A stretch of 64,000 bases of DNA from Eledone cirrhosa (GCA_964016885.1 OZ024741.1:322958001-323022000); one strand, 5' to 3'; positions 25,330 to 39,074 are shown, counted from the first letter of the stretch. The notes: generated by a model from the letters alone, not told the origin. Program-made: numbers and translations.

Positions 25330-26990
25330 ATTGTTTCTACTTTAAGCACAAGGTCAGCAATTTGAAGAGGAGGGGAAAGTCGATTAAATCGACCCCAGTA
25401 CATACTGGTGCTTTATTTTAACGCCCCCGTAAGGATGAAAGGCTAAGCTAACCTCGGCGGAATTTGAACTCAGCCCGTAAAAGGCCGTAACTCAATGCTG
25501 TAATGCATGGTGTCCGACGCTCTACCAATTCTGCCAGTCAACCGCCTTCTTGTGCCTTTAAATAATGATTTTATAAATAGGCAACCTTTAATATTTTTAA
25601 CTGTAACCTCAAGGTGGATGTGTGAGTTAGTGATAGACAGACTGTTTGTGGGGGGAGTGGGTGTGAGTAACCAGTGATCCTCGTGTTAAAGCGACAATGT
25701 GTATCACTTTGATCTCTGAGTTCGCAGGTGTGCTTGTCATTAACACTGTCATCATTAGAGTCTCTACACAGACTTCTTTCAGATTAAAACTGCTTACAAA
25801 TATTTTTGCTCTCTTTCTAACTCTCTCACACTGTCTCTTACTCTCACTCTCGCATCTTCTCTCTTACTCTCTCTCTCTCTCTCTCTCCCACCCTTTCTCT
25901 TACTTTCACTCTCGCATCCTCTCTTTTACTCTCTCTCTCTCTTTCTTTCTCTCTTTTTTTTCTCTCTCTCTCCTCTTCTAATTTAAGCACATGGTCAACA
26001 GTTTTTTAGCGTGTGGAGGAGGGGAATGCCGATTATTCCGCCTCAGTTCTTTACTGGTACTTATTTTATCGACATCTGAAAGGATGAAAGGCAAAGTTGA
26101 CCTCGCCGGGATTTGAACTGGAATAGTAAAGAACCGGAACTAAACACGACAAGGTATTTTTTCTCCGACGCTCTAACGATTCTGCCAATCCACTATCTTT
26201 AAACTGCAAACACAATAAAAATAATTATCTGCAGCTGAAAGATTTCTATGTAGACCATATGCCATTTATATGCTTAGTTTTTAATGTCGTTCAATACAAC
26301 AGATAATCCTTACAATTTTATATACATGCCACAATGGATTGTCCACCATCACTAAAAGTTGAACATTAAACAGTAAAAAAAAAACAATATGACAAATAAT
26401 TGATTCTACTTTTGGCACAAGGCCAGCAATTATCACAGTACATTACTGGCCAGCAATTTTGCGGGAGGGGAAAGTCGATTAAATCGACCCCAATGCGTGA
26501 CTGGTACTTTATTTTATCGACCCCGTAAGGATGAAAGGCAAAGTTAACCTCGGCGAGATTTGAACTCAAGGCGTAAAGGGTCTTAACTCTATACTGGAAA
26601 GCATGGCATCTGACCCTCTACCGATACTAGATGGTCGGACGCCATGCTTTGCAGCATAGACAAATAATTGTTTCTACTTTAGGCACAAGGCCAGCAATTA
26701 TCCAGTGCATTACTGGTACTTTATTTTATCGACCCCGTAAGGATGAAAGGCAAAGTCAACCTCGGCGGGATTTGAACTCAGATAGACAAATAATGATTTC
26801 TAATATAGGCACGAGGCCAGTAATTTGGAGGGAGGGGAAAGTTAATTAAATCGACCCCAGCGCGTTACTGGTGCTTTATTTTATCGATCTCGTAAAGCTA
26901 ACCTTGGCAGGATTTGAACATAACGTAAAGATCCGTAACTTCACGACGCAAACCATGTTGTCTGACGCTCTACTGATACTGCCACCCCAG
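25330..26990 (-). mobile_element. Cluster of five SINE family C copies (25330-25550, 25980-26195, 26400-26628, 26665-26780, 26790-26985)
   Basis: Repeated ggtactttattttatcgaccccgtaaggatgaaaggcaaag...gatttgaactc. Confidence 0.9.
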
Positions 26991-27364
26991 TAAAGAGTAG
27001 TGATGGAATGTTTCAGTCAAAACCCCAACAAAATGCAAACATAACAAAGCAGACATAGTGATATGAGACAGAGAAAAGAAGGCATGCACAGTAGTGGAAA
27101 TCAACTGCCCGGCAGATGTCAATATAATGCTAAAGGTTGGCGAAAAGTAGAACATTTATGCTGAACTAATGAGGAATATGCAGATACTCCACCCTGCGGC
27201 GCAATGAACAAATTTGTATAAAACATTAAGGATCTGTAATGCACTTCCCTGAGGTCAACATCTTAGGTCACTGCCTTGTTGGCCTTAATGGCAGAATCTG
27301 CTTTGCCTGTGGGATATATCGCTGTAAGCACACACTTTAAGAGATCCGTCACCCATGAATTATA

Positions 27365-27700
27365 ACCTTCTTCTTCTTCTTCTTCTTCTTCTTCTTCTTC
27401 TTCTTCTTCTTCTTCTTCTTCTTCTTCTTTTTCTTCCCCCACTTCTTCCTGAGAGGGTCACGGGGAAGAGTCCACAAACACTCATTCCAGTGATCCTGTC
27501 AGAAGCAACCATCTCCAACTGATCTGGCTGGATCCCCAAGCATGACCAGCCAAGCTCATGGATGTTATCCAATCATCTTGCTCGGGGTCTACTCCTGGGT
27601 CTCCTACCTGTTGGTTTTGCCCGTAAAATCTGTCCAACGATTCTTTCCTGAGACAATTTAACTACATGCCTATAGTATCGGAGCTGTGATCTCTCAATTA
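27365..27700 (-). mobile_element. RTE-clade LINE 3' end with (GAA)n tail
   Basis: Minus strand PTGRRPRSRPRAR-LDNI-like motif; (TTC)n at 27368-27428. Confidence 0.75.
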
Positions 27701-28388
27701 TACCCATACCGCAAAATGTGAGACCTCGTGTCTATGTTAGGAACAAATATACTCGACCGTATCATCCTTGTCTCATTGTCTATATTTCTTCTTATGGCAG
27801 ATATTGATATTGAATATTAGGATTTATATGTTGGACCTCCGTCAGTTCCGTCGACGAGTGTTATAGTTGATTCGATAAAGCTGCTCAAGAAACTCGAATA
27901 GCCTGCTTGTGAAATACACGTGCAAGTGATTGAACACTTAACGCACTTCTCAGCAAGTTCAGCATGACACTGTGTGTAACAAGACTGGCCCTTAGAATTA
28001 CATGTACAGCCCATCTTGTATTATAGTGTAAGTAGTTGAGCAGACATGTGTACGCTTTATGTAGTTCTCAGGGAGATTCAGAGTGACCCTGTGTAAGGAC
28101 AAAGCTGGTCGTTCGAATTACAAGTACAACTCGTTTTGTTTTTCAGCTGAGTGAACTAGTGTAAAGTAAAAAATAAAATAAAGTGTCTTGCTCAAGTACA
28201 AAACATGAGAGTGGGAATCGAACTCACAACCCTACTATATGACACGCGCGCCTTCACAGCTACGCCAGATGGTTGCTGTTAAATGTGGATTTTGTATAAG
28301 ACATCAAAGTTAAGGTCATTTCAAAATAAAATAGAAAACTGATAAAGACAAAATAGTGAAATATTGCTTTGCCAATCACTACATAGAA

Positions 28389-28748
28389 TATAGCAGACAA
28401 TGGGTTTTATCAATCACAACTTAAAATATAGAAGACAAGTGACTTTGTCAATCACAACTTAAAATATAGCAGACAATGGGTTTTGTCAATCACAAATTAA
28501 AATATAGAAGACAATGGGCTTTGTCAATCACAACTTAAAATATAGCAGACAATGGGTTTTGTCAATCACAACTTAAAATATAGAAGACAAGTGACTTTGT
28601 CAATCACAACTTAAAATATAGCAGACGATGGGTTTTGTCAATCACAAATTAAAATATAGAAGACAATGGGCTTTGTCAATCACAACTTAAAATATAGCAG
28701 ACAAGGGACTTTGTCAATCACAACTTAAATATAGAAGACATTGGACTT
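28389..28748. repeat. 38-bp minisatellite, ~9.5 units, with 152-bp higher-order repeat
   Basis: Unit tatag(c/a)agacaatgggttttgtcaatcacaacttaaaa. Confidence 0.95.
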
Positions 28749-28893
28749 CAATGGGTAAATAATGATATAAAGAAAGATATATAGTTGGAATAATTAAATA
28801 ATGATGTGAAAGAAAGACAGGGAAATTGAATAATTTGATAATAATTTAGAGGAATTTGTTGGTTTTAGACAGGAAAGTTACGATTTGTCAAAT

Positions 28894-29362
28894 CAGGGCC
28901 GGCGCTACTATTAAGGCCAACTCGGCAGTCGACCAGGGCGCAGACCTCGTTATCACATCAGGGCCGGCGTTACTATTAAGGCTAACTAGGCAGTCGACTG
29001 GGGCGCAAACATCATCGTCACATCCAGAGTTGGCGCTACCAATAAGACCAACTAGGCAGTCGACTAGGGCGCAAACTTCATCCTCACAACTTGGACTGCG
29101 CTACCATCAAGGCTAACTAGGCAGGCGATTAGAGCTCAGACCTCATTATCACATCCAGGACCGGCACTACAATTAAGGTTAACTAAGCAGTCAACTAGGG
29201 CGCAAACTTCATTCTCACAACCACGACTGCGCTACCATCAAGGCCAAATAGGCAGTCAACTAGGGCGCAGACCTCGTTATCACATCCAGGACCGGTGCTA
29301 CCATCAAGGTCGACTAGGGCGCAAATTTCATCCTCACATCCAAGACAGGCTCTACAATTAGG
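28894..29362 (+). repeat. 65-66 bp GC-rich minisatellite, ~7 units
   Basis: Unit cagggccggcgctactattaaggccaactcggcagtcgaccagggcgcagacctcgttatcacat. Confidence 0.9.
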
Positions 29363-29463
29363 TATGCAGTGGGATCAAAGTATCTCATGAATTTAAATCG
29401 AACTTCTTAACCACTGTCAAACGAAGGACAAACCGTGAAGTATTAGACTAGCTATTGTTTTAA

Positions 29464-29680
29464 CCCTTTAGCATTTACATTACTCTATATTTAATATTAT
29501 ATTTTCATGGTAAAGGCTTGACTTTACATAATTATCTCACATAATATCGAATCTATGAGATTTTGATAATATTTTGAGAAAAATACCTTAACATCAGTAT
29601 GAGCGGCCGGTTACAGCTAGTTTGAATAGAAAGATGTGAGAGAATTCCGGCCGGATATGGCCGGTTTAAATGCTAAAAGG
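29464..29680. mobile_element. piggyBac-type MITE
   Basis: TTAA on both sides (29460-63, 29681-84); TIRs ccctttagcattta / taaatgctaaaagg. Confidence 0.85.
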
Positions 29681-30189
29681 TTAAAGATATTGACAAATGG
29701 GATAATTTATGGCGCAAGCGTGTCAGTGTCTTTGAGGAGTTAATTTTGCGACAGCGTGTTTGCAGTTTCAATCTCACATTGTGGCACACTGGGCTAGTGT
29801 GTTTTTTTTTACTATAGCCTTTCGTGTGTGTGTTATGTGTATACGTGTGTTGTGTGTGCATGTGTGTGCATGTGTGTGTATGCGTGTGTGTGTGTGTCGT
29901 GTATGTGTGTATATGTGTATATGTGTGTATGTGTATGTGTGTGTGTGTGTTTACGTTTATGTCTGTGATTGTGTTTCGTATATTAACAGTTCGACAAAAA
30001 GAGATCGATAAAATAATTACCAAACTTTAAAAAAGATTACTGAAGTCGATATGATAGATTAACATCTCTTTAAGGCATTGCCCCCAGCATGGCCACAGTC
30101 TAACGACAGAAACCAGTAAAATAATTGTGCCCTAGCATAGCCGTAGTATAATGACTGAAACCTGTAAACGGATAAAAGAATACAAAGTC

Positions 30190-32530
30190 AACTGAGAAAA
30201 TAGAAATAATACAACAGATCAATAGGGATTAGATGAAAGAAATTATAGATGAGATCGACTGATCGATTTTTACCAAGGAAACAATTTATTCGTCACCAAT
30301 GCTGTACTCCAGCAATCACTAAGAAAATTATCCACTTGGAAAAGTGGAGGTGACATAACAAGAAATCACATACACTATATTTAGCGGTAAATGGATGGTT
30401 TAGAAACTATGTGTGAAGGTGTGTTGTGTCTTTCAGTAAGACAATTTATTTCACGTTACTTCTGTGCAGTCATATGGAAAACATTTGTTCCAGCAACGAC
30501 ACTGGTGTTAAGCTATATAAGCCTTTGCCTTTCCTTTGAACAACATCGTATATGACAAATCTTGTTTGTGCCAATTCTTGCTCTGACCGTATTAAGAAAA
30601 TTACTAAACTTGTATTTTTTACTAGACAATCCAATCCATATACACCTACTCCAAATCCTGTGGCAGATCATAATACTATACGACCTTCTTCTCTGCTTTA
30701 GATACTTCCACAACGGTGCCACACAGCAAAGATATTTTAGTGAATTATTTATTGATCACAGGAAAGCGTTATCTATTTAATTTAATTATACTAATTTGTA
30801 TAAAACTTTAAAGTTCAGTAATACACTCCTCTGGCGACAGTTTAATTGGCCTTAATGGTAGCGACGGGTCTACCCTCTGGGATATATCAATTAAAACCAT
30901 AAACCAGTCGTAGTTAAATTACAAATCAAACGTAAGAAAAGGAATAATTAAAGTTAAACCTCTTGAAACAGACAGAATACAAACAATGTTGAATTATGAA
31001 AGAAATCTGAATATTTACATAATGAACAATACAAGAACCATATATAACAAAGAACAAAGAGATGGATTACATAAAACTTGTATGTAATCAGCACTGAAGA
31101 ATATACTGTCTGGGGAAAAAGAGAGAAAATAAATATTAGATGACTAGTAAAATTCTTACAAAAACGAAAGATAAAGCGAAAGAAAAAAACAACAGCTGAA
31201 ATAAAAAAAAGGTTATGTTCTGGTGCAGAAAAACAAAAAAACGAAATGGGTGAATAATCAATGGAAAGTAGTTGAAAAACTTAATAACCAGCGTATATCT
31301 AAAGAAATGTTTAATAAGATGGACGACATCCTAAACAGCAAATGCGAGGGTAAAGGAAGCCGTGACATTAAACAAAAATGAAAAAGTGCTGTTTTATCGT
31401 GAGAAAATAGCATCGAGATGGGTTTGGTACATAAAAGATCTTTAAAATTATACGAACAGAAGCTCTATGTTCAGTTCGGATGTTACTAATAGAAACGAAA
31501 TTTTCAAAGGAGTAGAAACGGCGGTGAAGTCAACGAAGGGTGGAAAAGCATCAAAAGAAATTGTAAAATCAAATAAACCTAATTTAGATCCATTAACACA
31601 CTTATGTAATGTAATGTAATATAGGAGAGTGGACACTTAGTAAGTAAGCTGAAACAATCTATTTTTGTTCCATTCTCAAATAAAACAAAACATCAAAACT
31701 ACATAGAGTTTAATGTGAGCCTGTGACTAACCTACTACTAAAAATATACCAACAATAAATGGAGAAATAAATCAACTGAATCAAGAGTGGGAAGTCATGA
31801 AGACATATTTAACCTAAAAACTATATGTGGAAGATCTCTGGCCGTAAATCAAAATGTTTACATATGCTTTGTAGATTAAATAGAGTCATTGGAGCGTCAA
31901 CTTCAATGTCTTGGTATTTGTTTCGGCTCTCTATGCTTTGTGTTCAAATCTTGTAGAGGTCAATGTTACCTTTTATTCTTTCGGATTCAATAACTGCAGT
32001 ACCAATTCAAGGGCGCGGGATTGACAGGATTATTAAAGAGTCGGACGAAGTGCTTTGCGGCATCTGATCTGGCTTTAGGCGTTCTGAGTTCAAATCCCGC
32101 TTCCTTCTGCCAGGAGTTGCGGGTGACAGATATTATCAGCAATGGAAATACCAATGGAAACAGTTTCTTTGGACCAAATTAACAATCGGCTCCTTTTGTT
32201 ACACCAAGACATTTGACAGAGTAAAACATGAAAAGATGGTAGATTGTCTACTATAACTTGAGGTTTGTGATAAAGCAGACCTGCCAACCACTAAAAATCA
32301 AAACGGGGAGTACCCTGAATAAAAGTGCCCCAAAACGGGGAGAAATGAGGCAAAATGTGGAGATTTTACATAATGAAAGCTATACCCATTTTCACAAGAG
32401 AGGACATCTATCGACCACCCCAAAGTTGGTGGCAGATCTCCTGTCGGACGGGGAGACTTGACAGGTCTGGATAAAGACGTTAAAATATTACAAATATTCA
32501 CTGACAGCAAAGTGCAGTGATAAGAAGATA
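30190..32530 (+). mobile_element. Heavily decayed RTE-clade LINE interrupted by SINEs and a MITE
   Basis: Residual peptides DRLIDF, LFVTN, TWKSGGDITRNHI (endonuclease end) and CFVD, FDRVKHEKMVDCL, DKDVKIL (RT). Confidence 0.7.
32276..32469. mobile_element. 194-bp MITE, copy 1
   Basis: TIRs cagacctgccaa / ttgacaggtctg; perfect 7-bp TSD gataaag. Confidence 0.9.
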
Positions 32531-32719
32531 ACAGTATTAAACCTCAAGATGTAACGTTAAGGAAGTAGTTAAACCATAGTAGGTGTTCTCCTTCCTTTTT
32601 TCAAGAGGTCAAGATGTGACTTGGTAGATGTTTCGCTATTGTTTCTAGCAACTATTGAAAGGCTCAATGGTTTTCTTGCTAGCTTCTTTCATTTACAATA
32701 TTGTTGTATTTTATTGTTA

Positions 32720-32897
32720 TAATTGTTTCTACTTTAGGCACAAGGCCAGCAAATACCCAGGGCATTACTGGTACTTTATTTTATCGACCCCGTAAGGATG
32801 AAAGGCAAAGTCAACCTCAGCGGGATTTGAACTCAGATCGTAAAGGGACGTAACTATGCTGGAAAGCATGGCGTCCGACCCTCTACCGATACTGCCA
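32720..32897 (-). mobile_element. SINE family C (similar copies at 35040-35230, 43715-43892, 44815-44935, 57895-58075, 60715-60925, 61195-61340, 61830-61970)
   Basis: Shared family C body. Confidence 0.9.
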
Positions 32898-34231
32898 ATA
32901 TAATGGGCTCCTTTTTGTTGGTTCAGATCACCTGGTGATGTTTGTGAACAATATATATCAAACTGTTAATACAAGTATTCTTTCCTCGATTCCCTTTTCC
33001 CTGTATATTAAAGAATTTATCGAAGCTGCATTTGCACAAGTCGAATTATCTGAAGTAGGTTCCTCCTCACTCACTGATACAAGAAATAAATTCTTTGGTT
33101 TAGAACGGACTCTTTAGATTTAGAAGGGAATGATCGCGAACAATCCGTGTATACTACTTTTAGTTGACAATTACATGTACCAATGTTATATATAGCACCA
33201 GTTGTTGACTAATACTAATTGGCACAGGCAGGTGGAGCCTGATTCAACTTACAATGCTTTTACGTGAACTGGATATTCTGTATTAGAAGTGTGGATCAAT
33301 ATCGATATATATTTGTTATTGGTGGAATATACAGAATTTTATGTTAAGAAACAGAGATCAAAGTTTTAGTTCAACATATTTTATTTGCAATGATGCGTAG
33401 CCGAAACTTCGACCCCTCTTTCTTTCTGTGAATACAAATTCGAAATAAAAATTAACGAATACAACAAACCTAAACCAACCATCACCCACCATATGAAATA
33501 TAATTACCACAGATAACATAATCGTTAATTATAATTACCACAGATAACACAATTAATTAATCATCTTTAACCATTTAACAATATAACATACCCATATTAA
33601 TAAACTAAACAGCACAGGCAAAAGAAAACTTTACTGTAGACAACATACAGTACCCTCTACAATTAATCACATTTTACTTATATTAAACTTATCTTAAAAC
33701 GTAGAAAACCATTTTACCCTTCCCGCAATTAAAATCTTAACTATACTAACTCTACATCAAACTATTCATATCAAGAGATAAACCCTTCGAACCAGAGACC
33801 TTTCAACGAGGATCTCAGTTCACAGAGAATCAGAGGCAAGAGTCTATATATATCAGAAAGGGTGTGGTAAAATACCAGGTGGACCATAACCCACCAGAGT
33901 ATCGATACTTGGAGTAGTAGAGTAGGTAATATGAAAATATTCAGGATCCCGACGGCTGAGCTCCGGCCGTTTCGACAGCTAGATCCGAACATATGTATAT
34001 AATTAAATAAGAGTAAGTGAATACTACAAACCTAAACCAGCCAAGATCCACCATCCAAGTATTCGGCCACAGACCACAACTCTTAACACAATAAAATAAG
34101 GTCCTCCACAACCAAATCAAAGACCAAATAATTCAAATCTAATTAACAAAGCCTGAAACCCATAACCAAGAAATGTTTCTAAGCCAAATTTAAACATCTC
34201 AAAGACGTAATAAAATCCAAGCCATTACAAT

Positions 34232-34425
34232 CAGACCTGCCAACCTCTAAAAACCCAAGGGGGGAGCACCATGAAAAAAAGTGCCCCAGAACGGAGAGAA
34301 ATTAGGCAAAATATGTATAGCTTTCGTGATGTAAAATCTCCCCATCTTCACAAGAGAAGACATCTCTCGCCCACTCCAAAGTAGGTAGGAGATCTCCCGC
34401 CGGACGGCAAGAGTTGACAGGTCTG
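34232..34425. mobile_element. 194-bp MITE, copy 2
   Basis: Same TIRs; flanks ttacaat/gtacact (5 of 7 match). Confidence 0.85.
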
Positions 34426-35805
34426 GTACACTGATACCAAGGAGATAAACTTCAGGTCACAATCGTCCTCAATATCCAGTTTCCGTTAAAGTTTGTGGCT
34501 ACTGGATAAATTAGCACCACGTACTCAGTAGAACACTTAATCATAACACTACCAAACTATAAGCATACAACTATCATACTCAATAGCTGTCGTCCATGTT
34601 TTTCAAAATCTCAGTCAACCAAGAAAATAAAGTTAAATTAAATTAACGAAAACCTGAAATAACCACTTCATAAAACTGATACAAAAATAAAATTCAGAAT
34701 AAATAATTGAATTCAGAACTAACAATAAAAAGGAATTTAACCAAACCAACACTAGAATCCAAATATATTGCTGTAATACATTATATTTACTATACAAATT
34801 GAAAAATGTTAAAGCACATTTGAACTGGAAACCAAAATACACTAACAGCACAAAATATATAATACATTATGAAACCCTGAATCTGTCTAACATCGAACTG
34901 CAATAGTCTGAAACAGGGGCGGAGAAATCACAAGTTCCGCCGAAAACACTTGCTCCAAAAATCAATTTCCCATAAGTTCACCAAGCCCGCGAACATGCAT
35001 TAAGCTGCTTAAATGTGTAAGACCTATAGATGTGAATAAACAATTGTTTCTACTTTTGGCACAAGGCCAGCAATTACCCAGTGCATTACTGGTGTTTTAT
35101 TTTATCGACCCCGTAAAGATGAAAGGTAAAGCTAACCTCGGCGGGATTTGAACTCAGAACATAAAAGGCCATAACTCTATGCTGCAAAGCATGGTGTCTG
35201 ACGCTCTACCGATACTGCCAAACCACCGCTAGACAAAGAAATAATACCTGAAGAAATACGTAAAAAATACACTTTTTTATGTTTCAAGTATACCCGTTGC
35301 ATTGTTCCTATAAGCTTCCCGTATCTAATTTTGTTTATAAGATTTCTGTATGTGGATTATTTCACGTTAGCACCATAATGCCAACAGTCAACATGTGCAC
35401 CGAAGCGTGTCTGTATATGCGTATATACCGTTATATGAGATGCTGCGTACATTCTTTGACGTATTCCCCACTTGTACATCTTTTTGCACGGTTTTTTTTT
35501 TGTATTTTTTACGTATTTCTTCACGTATTATTTCTTTGTGAACCACCCGATGTCCAGCATCATATGCAAGTTTCTATGCATTTTCCAAATAATTTGGCAC
35601 AGTTTATTTTCATATATGCGCGTACGTGTGTGTGGGTGTGTGTCTGTGTGTGAGTGAGCATATATATGTGTGTGTGGGTGTGTGTCTGTGTGTGAGTGAG
35701 CATATATACGTGTGTGTGTGTATATATATATATATATATGTATGTGTATGTATATGTACACACGTGTGTATATATGTGTGTGCGTGCGTAAGCGCACACA
35801 CGTAC

Positions 35806-35836
<31 letters not shown>

Positions 35837-36120
35837 ACTGCATATGTGAGTGCGTGCGTGTGCATACGCACACACACACATATATATATATATATGTGTG
35901 TGTGTGTGTATATATGAGTAGGCCTGGCTGACTGCATATGTACGCGCGTATATGTGTACGTGTGTGCATGTATGGGTGCGTATATGTGTGTGTTTTATCG
36001 TGTATGTATATATGTGGGTACCTTACATGTGCGTGTGTGCCTATGTCTATGTATGAATGTACCTATATATGAGAGGTGAATATATGTGTGTACATGTGTG
36101 AACACAAACACGCAGGCTCT

Positions 36121-36203
<83 letters not shown>

Positions 36204-36435
36204 TCCGCACAGATAAGTGTGCGATTAACGGCTCGGAATGTCTGTGTATGTGTGACCACATGTGCGTGTGGGTGCATGTGTGTAGAGATACGAGCAGGCC
36301 AGGGAGTGGCAAGAGACGTCATAACACCTCTCATACACTTAGCAGTAATTTCTGGCGGACGACGGGATTAGGGGCAGTGACAGCTCACGCCTGAATGGAA
36401 ATGGTCAGTGGGCAGATTTGAATGGTCATACACAA

Positions 36436-36505
36436 AGATGACGTCACGAACTACCAACCAATCGGAGTACAGCGCAAACAGAATGAAGGCAGATGATAGA
36501 AATTC
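36436..36505 (+). promoter_or_regulatory. Putative pseudo-LTR promoter motifs (TGACGTCA, CCAAT) upstream of hammerhead H4
   Basis: gatgacgtcac and ccaatc 100-120 nt upstream of the ribozyme; AATAAA directly after it. Motif evidence only. Confidence 0.35.
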
Positions 36506-36554
36506 GAAGGGCAGAGTCCAGCAGAAAGACGATTTGCTTCGAAATCACTAGTAG

Positions 36555-36647
36555 ACGTATCTGAGGAACTTGCGAATCCAGAGTCAGGTTCGATCCACAA
36601 ACAGATCGCACCTCGAGCAGTTCGCCAGAGAAACATTTGTAATACGT
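36555..36647 (+). ncRNA. Type-I hammerhead ribozyme with long stem II, family H4
   Basis: acgtat-CTGAGGA(36561-67)-62-nt stem II (gcgaa/ttcgc, ggt/acc, cgatc/gatcg)-GAAA(36630-33)-C ATTT GTA^-atacgt; perfect 6-bp stem I. Confidence 0.8.
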
Positions 36648-36773
36648 AATAAATTTGTGTTCCGATGCATCACTGATTCTTCGTTTTCCATATTATCATA
36701 CTCTGCACAGAAGGAGCATAGAGTGCTCAACCGGCATACCGCCTATGGACGCAGCCAAGCAACCTTGCTACAA

Positions 36774-36899
<126 letters not shown>

Positions 36900-37468
36900 C
36901 CGGGACTGTGTTTCTGTTTCTTTATGTCACACAACTTAATGGTTCTACAAAAAAATAAAGATATCAATAAAATAAACACCAGGCTTGATTTTAAAAACCG
37001 ATTACTGTGATGGTCCATATGAGTGATTAAGTCCCTTCAAAGTGGTACCCCAGCATGGGCGCAGTCAAATGACGGAAGCCATTATAAGAGTAAAAATGTA
37101 AAAACCCAGCGAGTATGTTTGAAATATTTTCCCGTAAAATGGCAACGTAGAATATTAGAGGAGATAAAAAGCAAAAGCTCAAAATAAATTAATTTCAATT
37201 TGCTGTTGGCATTTAAAATTTTGCTATAATTCAGTTCATTAATTATTAGAAGTTAGGTGGCAAACTTTAAAACTTCCTACGTGTTTCTTTGTCCTTTCAG
37301 AAATTTTCTGGGCTTTTTTTACGTTAATAATGTTTGTACTTTTTCTCGGTAAGAAAAATTCAATTAGGCAAGAAAATTGACATACACACACGTATTTGTT
37401 TGTTTGTGTGAGTGTGTGTGTATATATGTATATATATGTGTGTGTGTCTGTGTCTGTGTCTGTGTGCA

Positions 37469-37501
<33 letters not shown>

Positions 37502-37671
37502 GTGTGGGTGTGTGTGTAGAAAAGATAGATAAACAGATAGAAAGAGAAGCGGACAGGTAGACAGACAAACAGATTGATAGATAGATAGATAGAGAGAGAG
37601 AGAGCGAGAGAGACAGAGAGAGGGAGAGAGACAGAGGGAGATAGATAGTTAGATAGATAGATAGATAGATA

Positions 37672-38884
37672 TGTTTCTTTATTAGCCACAAGGGCACAAA
37701 AGAAGGGGACAAATACAAAGGGGGAAGTTTACATACAATAAAAACGTGTAAAATGCTATCACAAATGCAATTTAAAAATTAATCGATTTTCCCCAATAGG
37801 GGGAGACATTATATATGGGTAACACATACCCCTCCAAAAAAATGTGTAACCCTCATCTCCAGGAGTACGAAGAGTGAGTGCCCCTTTCCTCTCTTCCTCT
37901 TTTTCCTCAACCTACAGGCTGATATAGAGAGAAGGCCCATTCACTCGGGCCATTCTCACCACTTTCACCCACCTTTCATAAAACTTGCTGGGGTACAGCA
38001 CCTCTCTCTCCATCCTGATTCTTCTTCCAAAGTGGTATTTGAAAAAAAGAATCAGTTGTTGGCCGGAGATAAAGGTGTCTGAACTCAGTCCTTTTAACCT
38101 GGTCCCCCATACAACCTCTTTCGCCAAAGGAAAACTGCCTCTCCTTCGTTTTTGAAGGAGGGTGGCGGTTTGATCATGACAATGGACTCGGTGGTCAACC
38201 GGATTGGTCCCACCTACGACAATAGTCGTTCTACATAGCCCCACAGGTCAGTAACGCTCGGGCAGTGTACGAATGCGTGCGCGATGGTTTCTTCGTCTCG
38301 CACGCATCTCGGACAGATCTTTTTCGAAGGGTCCCTGCTTCGGCGCCCATGTCTGTAGAGCTTGTCTCGAACTGGTAGAGCTCCTCGGTAGCACTGCCAG
38401 GCCAGGGACTTTTGGAAGTTGTCCATCGGTCCCGGGCAGAAGGTCCTACCGAACAGACTGGCCAGTTCGTCTTCCTCTATGCCTAGAGTTTCTCCGCGCG
38501 CGTCGTCGTACTTGCTGCGGACCAACCCTCTATAGAATGACGAAGTGGAGACTCCACTGATCGACGGGTCCACCTACCAGAGGGCTGTGAGCGCCTGAGC
38601 ACATTCGATGTGCCAGTCGCCCATTTTCCTCGGTCCTTGCTTGATTCAGGACTGCAGCTCGGTCAGCGAGACGAGTCGTGGGAAGGCTCGCCGGTTGTCC
38701 GGTGAGGAATACGTGGAGATGCCGCAGCCTGAGTGCGTGTTTGCGCATCGTTAGCAACGGCATCCCCAGCCCTCCGTCGGAAGGGTGTTGGCAGCAGATG
38801 GATCTTTTCAGCAAAGGAGCCCGCTTCTTCCAAAGGAATTGGAAGAGCGCGCTCCATTTTGGTGAGCGTTTTGGCTGGACAAGG
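37672..38884 (-). mobile_element. Tx1/L1-clade LINE, 5'-truncated copy A
   Basis: ORF2 C-terminus (QHPSDGGLGMP, LAWQCYRGALPV, CPRC..ETIAHAFVHC zinc knuckle); AATAAA at the 3' end; (GATA)n on both flanks. Confidence 0.9.
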
Positions 38885-38985
38885 TAGATAGATAGATAGA
38901 TAGATGGGTTTGTATGCGTCTATCTCTTTGAGGGCGCATCCATGTGTGTGTGCGTATATGTGTGAGTGTGTGTGCGTCTGTGTGC

Positions 38986-39049
<64 letters not shown>

Positions 39050-39074
39050 GTGTGTGTGTGTAGAAAATATATAT

